The position numbers and the translations under genes are program-made. A DNA stretch of 64,000 nucleotides from Chrysomallon squamiferum (taxonomy: Eukaryota > Animalia > Mollusca): the NCBI GenBank assembly GCA_012295275.1, contig CM022675.1, forward strand, positions 15,376,001 to 15,440,000, in the 5' to 3' direction. Shown piece after piece: positions 14,584 to 26,560 of the stretch. The notes beneath the pieces were generated by a model. It did not search any database, was not told where the DNA came from, and saw only the letters and a program-made list of their open reading frames with translations. The first letter of the stretch is position 1. Every line of letters begins with the position of its first letter.

Positions 14584-14612
14584 AATAAATAAATAAATAA
14601 ACAAACAAACAA
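14499..14612. repeat. (AAT)n/(AAAT)n/(AAAC)n compound microsatellite
   Basis: Directly visible; it produces the poly-I/L/Y ORFs in the ORF track. Confidence 0.95.
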
Positions 14613-14698
14613 ATACAGGTAATACATACATTTATATGTATACGCGAGTGCATAAATATATCAGAGAATGCAACACTGGATTTATGAATTTGCTTTAC

Positions 14699-14856
14699 CC
14701 TGACAGCCATATTTGCATAATTTGTAGATACAAATACGTATTTTCCATTTACTAGTCCGACTTTATGGGCATTTATCATGAAATGGTGAATATCCTCAAA
14801 GTTCGCAAACAGGATAAATACTGTAATTATAAAATAATAACAGTTACATACACATA

Positions 14857-14887
<31 letters not shown>

Positions 14888-14903
14888 TAAATAAATAAAT
14901 AAA

Positions 14904-14937
<34 letters not shown>

Positions 14938-15337
14938 AAAAAAATTAAATATATCTTGCACTCTTCAACAACTGAAATTTTATCTGGAATAAATACACGA
15001 ATTACCAGAAGAAACAACATTTAAGAAACGAATTCATCCAAAAGCAAAGTTTGCTCATTGCCTTGCGAGAAGCTTGACCCGTGTTGACCTCAGTGTCTAA
15101 GAACTAACAAGAGTATTTCTTGCACGCCTGTTTTCAGTTATCAAATGCAAGACTTCAAATTTGTCACACCTTAGAGTGTAACAGCGCTAATCAGTCAAAT
15201 GAACTGATGTAATCAAGATTTACTAAGTGCAAAAGAAAGTACAAAAGAAAATAATTTTAAAATTAATTCATGTTTCCACCGGGTTATATTAACAATAAAA
15301 GAAATAAAAACAGCTATAGTAGCTTTACAATATTTAA

Positions 15338-15391
<54 letters not shown>

Positions 15392-15865
15392 CAGAATTAA
15401 AAAGAAAGTAAGTCATCAAACGTAAATAGACTGGCACCAAATATAATATATCACGCTTCAAACCAAAAGGTGTAACAATACAATTGTCAAAATAATAGCA
15501 AAATATTATAAAAAGCGACAACAGCAACAATAATAGTGATAATGATATTGATGTTGCTGTTGATGATGATGATGGTCGTCGTTGTGATAACAGAACTACA
15601 AATAGATAAAACTTAAACTAGCATCAACATTTTACTACATCTCTGATGTGCTTGTAAACTTTCAAAAATAAAACTCTCACAAACCTCTCGTCTTCTTGGC
15701 TTCCTCGGGTAGATTCTGTATTAAATCATCTACATGTTTTAACTGTAATATCCTAGTTTCTATTCTTTCCTTCCTGAAATCTAACTACAGAACAGTATTA
15801 TTGTTTAGAGATGTCACTAACTCGCCATCGTAAATAAATCGTATATTAAGATAAAATCAGTCTTC
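14699..15865 (-). pseudogene. Orphan exons of an ANF-receptor/receptor guanylyl cyclase extracellular domain
   Basis: Exon about 15784/15773-15685 (KERIETRILQLKHVDDLIQNLPEEAKKTR, phase 1) joins in frame to exon 14820-14699 (V-FILFANFEDIHHFMINAHKVGLVNGKYVFVSTNY), matching the 'RV.IL.......M..AH..GM.NG.YVF' motif. Upstream FIYD-containing frame has TAG and TGA stops. No further exons recognised. Confidence 0.55.
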
Positions 15866-17020
15866 TTTTTTCTTTTTATTTATTTATTTAATTTGTTTGT
15901 TTGTTTGTTTCTTTCTTTCTTTCTTTCTTAAATTAGAAGACAGTATTATGCATGTGATAGAAACAATAGCCAAAAGAAATGTTTGATTATATAATCATAT
16001 ATATTTTCTGCATGAAAGCTATTACTGCTTCATGGGGCTACTCGTTAATAAAGAAGAGAACACAGTACAGTGTAAACAAACTCATGTGAGTACCGATGAC
16101 TGACTCAGTTACATCTTGTTAATAACATTGTTCAGGTGGTGATAGAAAGTAAATATACTGTCATTGTTACTTTAAAATATTTTCTTTTTCGCCAGCGATT
16201 ATTATAACAGTAACGACATAGAGTCTTCAATAATTCGTGACTGTGAAATCGTGTTCAGATAATCGATGTATTACTGTAATATAGTTCTAAATTCTTGTCC
16301 AAAGATAATTATTTAGCCAGGGTTTGTTTGCACCTGACTAAAACATGATAATGCAAAATATATGACTTCAATTTATTAAGCTATTTCAAATGTTTCTTGT
16401 TTCCTGGATTATATAAGATAAACAAACGAAATAAACGAACAGCAGGCAGTGTTTATTTATTGCAGCTGTATTTGTTACAGACAACAGAGCATTTTTCCGG
16501 CACTTATCTTGGTTTTTTTTTATCATGATTTAATATTTAAAAACTAAAGAAAGAAATTACATTTAACAGATACAAATTAATACTTCTAAAGACGGTCTTT
16601 CTGTTAATTCCGGAAACCGGATAAATGGTCGGATACTTTATCAGTGGTCGGTCTGAAATTACAATAAATGGTGGAAACTCTTTTTAAAATGATACATTAG
16701 ATATACCTTACAATTAAGTGGTGGCTAGTCACTAACGCCAATTTTATTAGAATTTCTTATACTAAAATAATCATTATTAAAATGAAAAAGTTTAAAATGA
16801 ACAGATATCTATAACGTAGCAGTATTTTGTCATTTATTAAAATATTCTGATAATTAATGTGTAAATGTCGTGATTACATCCTTATCTTAGTATTTCTGAT
16901 ATGGTATTAGTATATGTACATATAAACTAAAAAATATTTATATCAGTGAGTGGAAATACATGTGTTGTTAGTTAAAAGATACAGCGAAAAAAACTGAAAC
17001 ATAAACTCGCAACATACTGT

Positions 17021-19077
17021 TTAACATTTTTCACTCATAGGATACTGGAAGAAAAACCTCCACATTCTTTCTAAAATGTGACCTTGTTCTGGATTATTTG
17101 TCTTTGAGAGATCTGTAAACCAAGTCATGAGAAGTTTTCTGTATTCGGCCACTTTTCGGCGTAGTAACTGACCTGTAACTACAAACTCACCTCTGTAGCT
17201 TGTTGCAAATTTCAAACATCCTTTCTTTGTTTTGGTTATGTGATAATAATACTCGCAAGTGACGTTATGATATTGTTTTTTCTTCCAGTTTAAATAATCC
17301 CAGTGCATATCATAGCAAGAGCCCGTGTTGAATGAAACAAAGTGAAGCTTTAGTGTTTTCCTCTCTGAATAAATTAGATTTTTTCTCTTTTCTTTCGTAA
17401 ATGATTTCATTTGTTCAATAACTGTAAAGACTCTTCTTGTCGGTACTTCCTTCCCGCCTTGAAGAAATACATTCACGTCAGAAAACATTGCTTGTTTCGT
17501 TAACATGTGAAACAACCACGTGTGACCTTCTCTCCCAACATTAGGTAAAGTTCTTTGAATAATATTACACTTAGGATTTTGTTTGACAAACTTAGCTCCT
17601 TGCTTAACATTTTTACATTTCTCATAAATAAATACATTTATTTTATTTTTATCACATAACCTAAAAATATCTTTAGAAAGCCACTGCAGATTTTCATTGC
17701 AGTGGCTGGTAATAAAAGATATTGATGTGCTTTCGTTCTCTCGTGTAAAAATTTCATTAGCTTCAGATAAACTCTTAGGAAACAGTTGTTTCTCTGAAAA
17801 TGAAATATCAGAATAAGCTCTTTTAAACTGGTTGATGGCATTAAGAACTGCTTGATCCATATTGAAATATTTGTAACTGGCAAGACGACCAACAAAATAT
17901 ACATTATTTTGTTTTTCTTCTTTTTCCGCCAGAGCAGCATACTTTGAATACACGTTTCTGTTTCGTTCATTTGGCACTGGGTAGTATGGATCTCCAGAAT
18001 CGGTAGAATACTCTCTCACTATTGTTGTTCCATTGACATCTTTATTATACAGATGTATATATTCAACAATTCTTGTAAAGTTTTCAGGACCCTGTGGGTA
18101 GTTTACGACGACATTGGGCTGGAAAAATGGCTGATTTAAGTGAATAGTTTCAAATTTAATAGACCGATATTCTAGCTTTTCCAGCCCAGAAGAAGCAAAG
18201 TATGAATCTATGGGACCGGTAAAAAATGTCTTGCTAAAATGTTTAACTGAAATTTTTTTTGTACGGGTCAGATGAAAAAATCGGTATTAAGATGAACTGA
18301 AATTAATTTGTGATTCAACATTTGTGAAATCATAGCAGTGTATCCGTCTCCAGGCAACGCCTGATAGTCATCATCTGGAAAATAACGATCATCAAAATTG
18401 TCTCGAACTGGAATGCGTTGAAGAACTGAGGCATCCAAGTCTTTAGGATATTTAGACCATTGCTTGTATGTGTAACCTTTGAACAGTTTATCAAAGAGAA
18501 CTTCTCCAACTCGTGCCTTGGCAGCTTCTTCTCCGTTCTTTGGATGGTCATTTCGTATCTGATGTTTTTTCAGCCATTTTTTCATTTCCTGCTGATTTTT
18601 TATTGATTCGCCAAAAAGCATATTCACTGTGACTATGTTGACTGGAATAGGAACGTAATTTCCATCGACATTGGCGACCACTCTGTGTTCATAAGGAATC
18701 CACGTTGAAAACTGAGACAGGTAGCGCCAAACAAGAGAATTTTTCGTATGGAATAGATGTGCTCCATATTTGGAAACTCTAATACCGCGTTCATTGATGT
18801 AGTCGTAACAGTTTCCTCCTATGTGATCCCTTTTCTCAATTATCAGAACTTTCTTTTTTAGAAGTGTTGCATGAAGGTGAGCTAGAACTGCCCCTGACAG
18901 ACCAGACCCCACTATTAAAATGTCAGCAGATGTGTCATTTTTCTTTGTGATAAATTGTTTAGTTAAACTCTCATAACTGTTTTTCAAAAATGTATTGGAA
19001 TAATAAAGTACAAAGATTAAAATATTCACCATAACTAGGAAAAACAGACATCTGTTATTTATTTTATTTAGGAACAT
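17021..19077 (-). CDS. glf: Membrane-anchored bacterial-type UDP-galactopyranose mutase fused to a DUF3431-like domain; about 685 aa if a 1-nt frameshift at 18275-18280 is corrected
   Basis: FAD motif ILIVGSGLSG, EKRDHIGGNCYD, YGAHLFHT, YTYKQW, RIPVR, DRYF, then (other frame, 18274-18020) FFTGPIDSYF, LEYRS, VVNYP, FTRIVEY, then DPYYP and GRLASYKYFNMDQA. N-terminal hydrophobic CLFFLVMVNILIFVLYY. C-terminal HCNENLQWL, PNVGREGHTWL, VFLQG, EFVV, GHILERMW. No introns in the CDS. Confidence 0.9.
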
Positions 19078-19125
19078 ATCTTTTTCTGTTCTTCAGTTAT
19101 CCTGCTATCTGAAAAGAAAAGTAAC
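19078..19125 (-). promoter_or_regulatory. Spliceosomal acceptor 31 nt upstream of the glf ATG (5'-UTR intron)
   Basis: Minus strand gttacttttcttttcag|atagcagg; AG at 19110-19109. Confidence 0.6.
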
Positions 19126-20922
19126 AATTTAATTAATTTCTATAACGTCTGGTGAATAAAATTTATCAATATTTAATGCTCAAGAAAAAAAATTAAAGGT
19201 TCAGAATACAGAAATATAGAAAGATGATATCCTTACCATAAATATCATATTTAATTAAGTAATTTTCATTCATTCTTTTATTAATTATTTTATTCACTTC
19301 GAGAATATATATATGCGGTTTAATTAAGTAGTACATTTATAAAATCAATCATTATTACCCTGTTTTGTTGTAAAGATCTATGCGTGTGTGTGTATTCATA
19401 AATGCAGATATTAAATAATGAAAATGTATTTTTATACACTTATAGGACAAAAACACTATAAGAAAAAAACGAAGAATGCCACTGATGTTTTAGATATTTA
19501 CATTCGTTGTTGTTCTTTTTTCTTTCTTTCTTTTGGTATTGTTTATGTTGTTGTTGCTTTCTTTCTTTCTTTCTTTGGTCAAGGGTGTTTTAGACCAACT
19601 TTATGCTTGTTGGCGTTTTGTCTACAATTCTAAACGATAAATTTGTTTAGCTATGTATAAATGCTATAGATGAGAATAAAATTAGGTAAACGAACAAATA
19701 TAGATATTTGGTTGGTATGATGAATAAATCAGTTGTTAGCCATTTCAGATTGACAGCTTTTTGCCCTTTTCAAAACAGTCTTTAAAACTGGTTTTCAGAT
19801 TCTTTCAAATATATATAACTCTTGACAAAATGTACCTAGAAATATGTAACATGGATAATTTGTTCTGTCTATAATGCACATGCTGATGTTTACATTTATT
19901 GATATTTGATTTATAATGGATTAAATAAAATCCTTTTGGTGTTTTGTAACTCATTAAAAAAAAAAAATGACATCTTGCTATGGGACGGTAACAAACAAAA
20001 TAACAATTGCTGCTATTAGACACACTATAAATGTTTTGTAGTTAAATAAGTGGGTTCTACCTATTCTAAATATGATTAAAATTCTGTTCATAATTTTATG
20101 CAATAATTTAAGGTCATTTATTATTAATGTCTGTTTTGGTTTTATGCGTATTATAGAATATTAAAATCGGATGATCCCAAACTGACCAGTATCTAACTGT
20201 TCAGAGAAAATACACTTTACTCTTATGCATAATTAAAATATATAATATAAATACAAATTAGTGACTTTTCCTCCTGTAATGAAAATAATATATTTCACCT
20301 TTATTATATTATACCTTATACGTGACATGTACGAAAATACCTCGAATATGCATCACTGTCTACCACAGAATGGCTGCTATTAGAGATAGTTTAGATATAC
20401 AGATATGCAAGTTAGGTCTAAATATTCAGAATATGGTTCAACATCTTTCGTATTATAAAACAGCTATTTTGAAATTGTATTAACCTAATTTGTTTTGGAT
20501 AATTATTTAAAAATAACAATGTGTTTAAGCAAAACAAAATTATGATAAAGGTTATTGCGTCTTTGCTTTTAATGTAAATTAAACAATTTGATCTATGTTT
20601 ATCTATGTTAAAGTGTGCTTCACGGTTTGTTCGTAAAGCTATAGAGTCCACTGGCCCCTTTTTTGACAGCTGACTCATCTTACTCATGCTAAGAATAAAA
20701 CAGTTAACTCTTCCAGCTGATCAGTAATGGCAAATTATTTTCAAGACAAATCTTTCTCAATGGACCCAATGATTAGATTTCCATTTATAATATAAGCTCC
20801 TTCAAAAGCTAAAGAATGAACTGGTGCGATAGACACGCCCCCTGGCTTTACCTGAGAGTCTGTCGCACCAACTCATTCATGCGTGCTTCCTCATTTTTTT
20901 TTTGTTGGTAATACGAGTACTT

Positions 20923-21214
20923 GCAGATTCACGAATCCTTTATCTGAAATGCATGGGACTGGAAGTATTTCGGATTTACGAATTTTTTGATTTTGGAATA
21001 ACAGAAGATCGTCTGAGTATAGGATATAAGACTAAATATGAATTCCATTTATATTTCATATACAGTTTGTATAAAAAAGTATACTATTTTAATTATTTTT
21101 ATGCATAAAATAAAGACTGTGTATGCGCAATTCGAAAAATATAACTTATTACTATTTCTGCTGCTCGGAAAAAGTTTCGGATTTCGGAATTTCTGATAAG
21201 AGATCGTCGATCTT
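20923..21214 (+). mobile_element. Tigger4/Zombi(MER46)-like MITE, copy 1
   Basis: ...ccttTatctgaaatgcatgggactggaagtatttcggattt...ttttggaata and end ttcggatttcggaatttctgataagagatc; aligns by eye with 46441-46735. Confidence 0.7.
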
Positions 21215-23691
21215 TATAATCAGTTCAAGCAGCATTTCGTTTGATAAAAATGTAGGTGACCTTGCCCTTTCGCCTGGTCTAGATCATCAGACACAAAAGA
21301 ACTTACTTGTTTAGTGAGGTCGTTGATATTGTAATCCAAACTGAAAATTCAGTGGCAGACAATTTTAAGAGTAGATCAGGTTTCACGTAGCTCTTGTTTC
21401 TGTGTTTTTCTCGGTTAAACCTGACAAGAGTGAAGAGTGTCACACGAATTTTCAACAAAACAGGTGGAATTCACTTGAGTAAAATAGTGACCTTCGCAGT
21501 TTTTATGGTTCGGTTAATTCAAAATAAAGACAACTAAAAGATATCAAAAATGTGTCTGGAGACGAAGACACAGTTAAGTTGTTTCAAAGACTATATAACT
21601 GTAATGAATTCAGTCATACCTGTAGACAAATCACGTGTGCTAAATCAGCCAATCAGATGCGGGTTACTACGTAACTGTTGTCATATTTATCCGAAAGGTA
21701 GTGATAATTACTGAAAGTTTACGCTGACATTTTACACTGAACTGGGTGGAGCGGAAAAAACTGTGTCACCTTTCGTCAGTCTGTTTTTTATAGCTCATTT
21801 GATCGACCGATGTTCTGAACAAAAATTAGAGCGAGTATAATGACATAAAGTTGATTTTTGCTAAATCCTTCATGTTATTCTTTAATGCTGACTACGTACT
21901 AAAGCACGAGAATATTTAATAGATGTCTTGTCTTGCCTCAGCTATATCCCTGAATGTCAAGGACTATACCACTGAGACATACCACTGAGAGTTCACTGTG
22001 TATGGGGGAGAACTGTGGCTCATTGCAATTTTCTGCAGCATCGAGTTACTATCTTAGTGCTATAACATTATAATAATAAAGATGACTTATAAACGGGCTC
22101 AAATCACTTTTCAGTGAGAGTTTATTAAGAAAACAAGGACAAACACCAGTTGGAAAATTAATTACAATGTAATAGTAATTTGGTGAAGTCATTGTAAATG
22201 GAGCAGAAGCTGAAGTTCACATGGATAATATTTAAGAAGTGACTTTTGAGAAAATGTTTCTGAGAACCTGTTTGAAAGTTGGAGTTGTCATTATAAATCA
22301 AATGTCAAGCATAAGAAGAAAAGACTGAATAAAGCAATTTGTACTGAGTGACCTATGTTATTTATTATATGTAGTATGTTTTGAAATAAATAAACTATTC
22401 ACCGATTTTGTTTTGAACGGCTCCATATTCTGTGTGTAATTAACACTGTGCCGAGAAGTCATGAATCTAAATAACTTTTATGTTCTATTAACAAAGTGGA
22501 GGCACGTTCAGACAAAGACAATGTAATCGGCTGTTAAATCAACATCTTATAAAAACCAAATGATCATTTTGCTGACAAACAAGAACCTTACAGTAGAATT
22601 CTGGAGGTTCTAGTTGCGGAGAATTGGCTTGATCAGTCGTTTTCTGACTCGGCAGTGAATCGGCTTCAACGGTCATGACTTACATAGAATGTAATAAACA
22701 TAGTTCGACAGTTGAAATTAAACCCTTATTTTCACAATGCAATAAACGCAAAGATAAGCCTTAAAATTATCCATTCATGCATTTTTTTCTCTTCATTCCA
22801 ATAGGACGAGAAACAAAGACTCAGTCTTTTGACCTGAATTAAGCGATAACTCAGTCTTTTGAATTATTTATAATTGTTACAAATAATTGTTATTTTAGGT
22901 GTGAGTAATTCAGTCTAGTAATTCATTAGAAACTGCCACGCATTAACTCAGTATATAATTAATATATACGCAATTTAATTTAATTATTTATTTTATTTTA
23001 TTTTATTTTATTATTGTTGTCTTTATTTGTAATTATAGATTAAATTACTTAAAATAATAAATCAAATCAACTCAAATCAAAAATCAAAATGTGAAAATTC
23101 CTTGAACGGAGAATATTCGAGAATCTGATTATTTATTCTTTCTGTTATGGTCATAGAACTTTTAAAAAAGTTCACGTTCGTAAACAATGGCATCAACGTT
23201 AATGTATCCGAGGTTCCTCACTACTTTGACAAAACTGTGAGTCTGTGAGTTTTCTTTAAATATTTTAAGCTATCGATTTGAATCACAGATCAAGTATTTA
23301 TCTTTAGCGGTATCTGAACAAAACAACTTGGCCTCCATCTGACAAGACAAGATAAGATAAAAAGTGTATTTATTTACTTATTTATTTATTTATTATTGTT
23401 GTTTTATTTATTTTATTTTAGTATTATTATTTTTTTGACGACTCGTGTCAAACATGATTTGTCGTGGCATTAGTTCTTGAATTCCTCTAATGCGTGCATG
23501 CAACAAATTTTCTCCAACTTCTGATTTTAAATACAAAACGACGAAAAAGAAAAGTGGAAAAAAATAAAAATACCCCCCCCCCAAAGAAATAAAAAACCCA
23601 GCAATGCAGTAGAAATAATGACTGCATTGTATGTGTTTTCTGGTGCATTTACATTTAAGAAAGAACAAAAAGATTGCCAAAATGATTCTTC

Positions 23692-23730
<39 letters not shown>

Positions 23731-23881
23731 TTTTATTGCAAAAGTACTTAATTCAACAACGACCCTTTCTGTCCGATAAGCACAGAAACATCTCGACTTT
23801 GAATGACTGAATGTTTGTTGAGCAACACCGTATTTATATGTATACATGTCACTAGGTGACAATTTTTATTGATAAAATGTT

Positions 23882-24100
23882 CAGTAGTAGTAGTAACAGT
23901 AGTAGTAGCAGCAGTTAAGTAGTAGCATTATTAGGAGTAGTAGTAGCAATGTATTACTAGTATACTAGTAATAATAATATTAGTATTAGTATTAGTAATA
24001 TTTGTAGAATATTAGCAGCACTATTAGTTGCAGTGGCAGAAGTAGTAATAGTATTAGTACTAGCAGTAATAATAGTAGTGGTTGTAGCAGCAGTAGTAAT
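23882..24100. repeat. Degenerate (AGT/AGC/AAT)n trinucleotide tract
   Basis: Directly visible. Confidence 0.85.
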
Positions 24101-24650
24101 TTTTCTTTCTCTTATTTTAAATATAGTTTGTAAAATTTATAGAAAGACCTAGATCATTGATCTTCACCATTTATATTATTCTCAGGCACTTAATTATATT
24201 CTAAGAACTTTTTTTTTAGTGTTATCGTTAAACATTTTTTTTAAATATATGTTTAAATTTGTGTATGCATGCTTAAATTTGTTGTATTTTGACGCTTTTT
24301 ACATATTTCTGTTAGTGTGTCAAACTCAGATAATATTTCTCTGCGAAATGTCTTTGTGGATATATAACAAAGAAAAACAAAGACGAAAACGTAAATCGGA
24401 AACAAACTGTTTTGACTTTAGTTTCACGTTTTTATATTGGTTGTTTTAAGCGTTTTGCTTAATAAATAATGAAATCATTACTGTTTTACCTAAGTTAATA
24501 TGTAATAAACATGGGAGAAGCTTCAACAACTCTTGCGGCACAAAGAAATAATAGCAATTAAACATATAGCAAAGAAATACCAACTCAGGTAGTTACGTAA
24601 CCGATTTAGAATAGTTTTAATAAAAGGCTGAGTAACATAGATGTTAAGAG

Positions 24651-25082
24651 ATTATAAAAAGGGCTGGCATTTGGTGTATATAGCATCTTTTAAATCAATA
24701 AAAAGACCATTGGCAAAAAAAAAAAAAAAAAAAAAGTTTGGAATCGTTGGACCAGAGGTAAAGAGCCAGAAAGAATAAGGAAACATCAACAGCAGCCGAG
24801 AACAGAACAAACAAACAGGACGCAACCAACACGGACCCGGTGACGAATACGAGACATTCAACGAGGTAGACAAGTGCCGGAAACCACAACGAGCGGATAA
24901 CGTCTACGAAACATCGGAACCGACTCGTTACGATCCGACATGCTGGACACTCCCTTGTTACCTGCAATCGTAACGAGAACCAACTCTCTTTCCTTACCCT
25001 AAACTCTTTTCTGCGACAGACACGCCCGCTGACCTGTCAGAAAGCTTGCTCTGGTTAGCACGTTAATTTTTTTCAAGGTTCA
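24651..25082 (+). mobile_element. 432-bp composite insertion flanked by a 12-bp direct repeat
   Basis: AGATGTTAAGAG at 24639-24650 and 25083-25094. Interior 24674-24790 matches 10276-10387, and 25013-25081 matches 1301-1398. Confidence 0.75.
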
Positions 25083-25476
25083 AGATGTTAAGAGTCATCA
25101 CTGAAAAATAATTCCATGATGACGTTGTTATTCTCTAGGTCAACCAGTACCGTGCTCCGTTGCTACATTCCCCAGAATTAGCTCAATAGCAAAATTAGAA
25201 AACTAATAACAGAGAATACAAAGCTTTCACTGTTATAAATGGTGGAGATCAATGATGCTGACCCCAGTCAACTTCAGGGTTAAACTTCGACGAGTCCATA
25301 CAAAGCCGCATCTACGTCATCATCAATGTCGACGTCGCCAACATCATCGTCACCTTAACTGAGAGAACAGGATATTGTGAGTATTGCCACATTGTCTACT
25401 CAGTTACTTATCATTCACACAGTCGTCTCCTATATACTAGGCTATTCAGACAAATAGTGTGGGACGACTCTTCAGA

Positions 25477-26560
25477 ATGAAACACAGTCTAACGGTGCAA
25501 TACTATTTTATCAACATACATGAGAAACACATACAAACTTTCAGGAAGACCTTTGAAAGATTTTCGTATCCCCAAGACACAGACTGCACTCGGACGAAGA
25601 AATGATCGCAGATATTTTACATAGGTCAAGTCGTAACTTTTGTCTGAAATAATCCTGACAGAAATGGGACTTGTAAAGCTACTAACGAGTAGCATATCGC
25701 ACAGTTTGCAGTAATATATACTTCTTTTCATGAGTGGTGAGTTGAAATTGTTGCTGGTCTCATCACGTTTCAAATCTATATCACCTACTAATGTATGACA
25801 CTGGTTTCGTTCCCTCGTAGGTTCCGCACGTGGAAGATAAGACATTTGTACCCCCAAATATTTATACCCCCATATATATCGCTGTCATGCTCGGAATCGT
25901 ACTGATCTTAGTGGTCCTTCTTGTCATTATCTTAACTGATAAAAACGCCAGATACACAAAACAGTGCATTATGTTACAACTTATTTCTGGCTCTGTATTA
26001 CTTTCTATGTGTCATTCTTACTGCAACAACCAACCTAGATTTTAATCAATGTTCATTTATGTTTATTGTTTATACCTAAGATACAAAATTTTGCCGTTTG
26101 AGAGTAAACATAAATAAACATTGGTTAAAACCTGCCAACGTAACAATTAATAGAAACAAACACTAGCTTAATCTGGCCCTGAAATTAAGAATATTCGAAG
26201 GAAATGATGTTTGTGTATATATATCTATCTATATGTACATGTGTGGCTATTACACTCGTCTGTATATCTTCGTAAAACAAGTCTGTAGCAGAACAGTGTT
26301 ACAAGTAGTCAGGTATATGGAAAGCTTAAAGACATTTGTTGACACAATTTTCGACATTTATTTTTATTTTTTACAGGACTCACATGCTACTGCATGTTTT
26401 ATTTGGAAGTTATTTATAGCATCTGGGTGACAATCCCTTTACTCGTTTCAGTAATGGATTAGAACACGCGTGAGAAGCGTGACTCAACGTCACAATGTTT
26501 CTCAGTGTACCAGAGTGCACCCTAGCATTGTGATTTATTAATGTAGTATATTCATGAATT
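25477..26560 (+). pseudogene. Possible decayed adhesion/secretin-family GPCR fragment
   Basis: Stop-containing frame ending TCKATNE*HIAQFAVIY (GPS-like), acceptor at about 25820, then hydrophobic PIYIAVMLGIVLILVVLLVIIL and LQLISGSVLLSM; a further acceptor at about 26377 with a hydrophobic frame and stops. Weak similarity only. Confidence 0.3.

Noticed and set aside
14434-14631. Poly-Ile/Leu/Tyr ORFs
   Set aside because: Translations of an (AAT)n microsatellite.
17021-19077. glf as bacterial contamination or as two separate genes
   Set aside because: No operon context, animal flanks, a splice acceptor and a signal anchor are present. UGM motifs continue across 18267-18020 in the second frame, so it is one gene.
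25489-25857. 122-aa minus-strand ORF
   Set aside because: No recognisable motif or splice context; the weak coding signal is on the plus strand.
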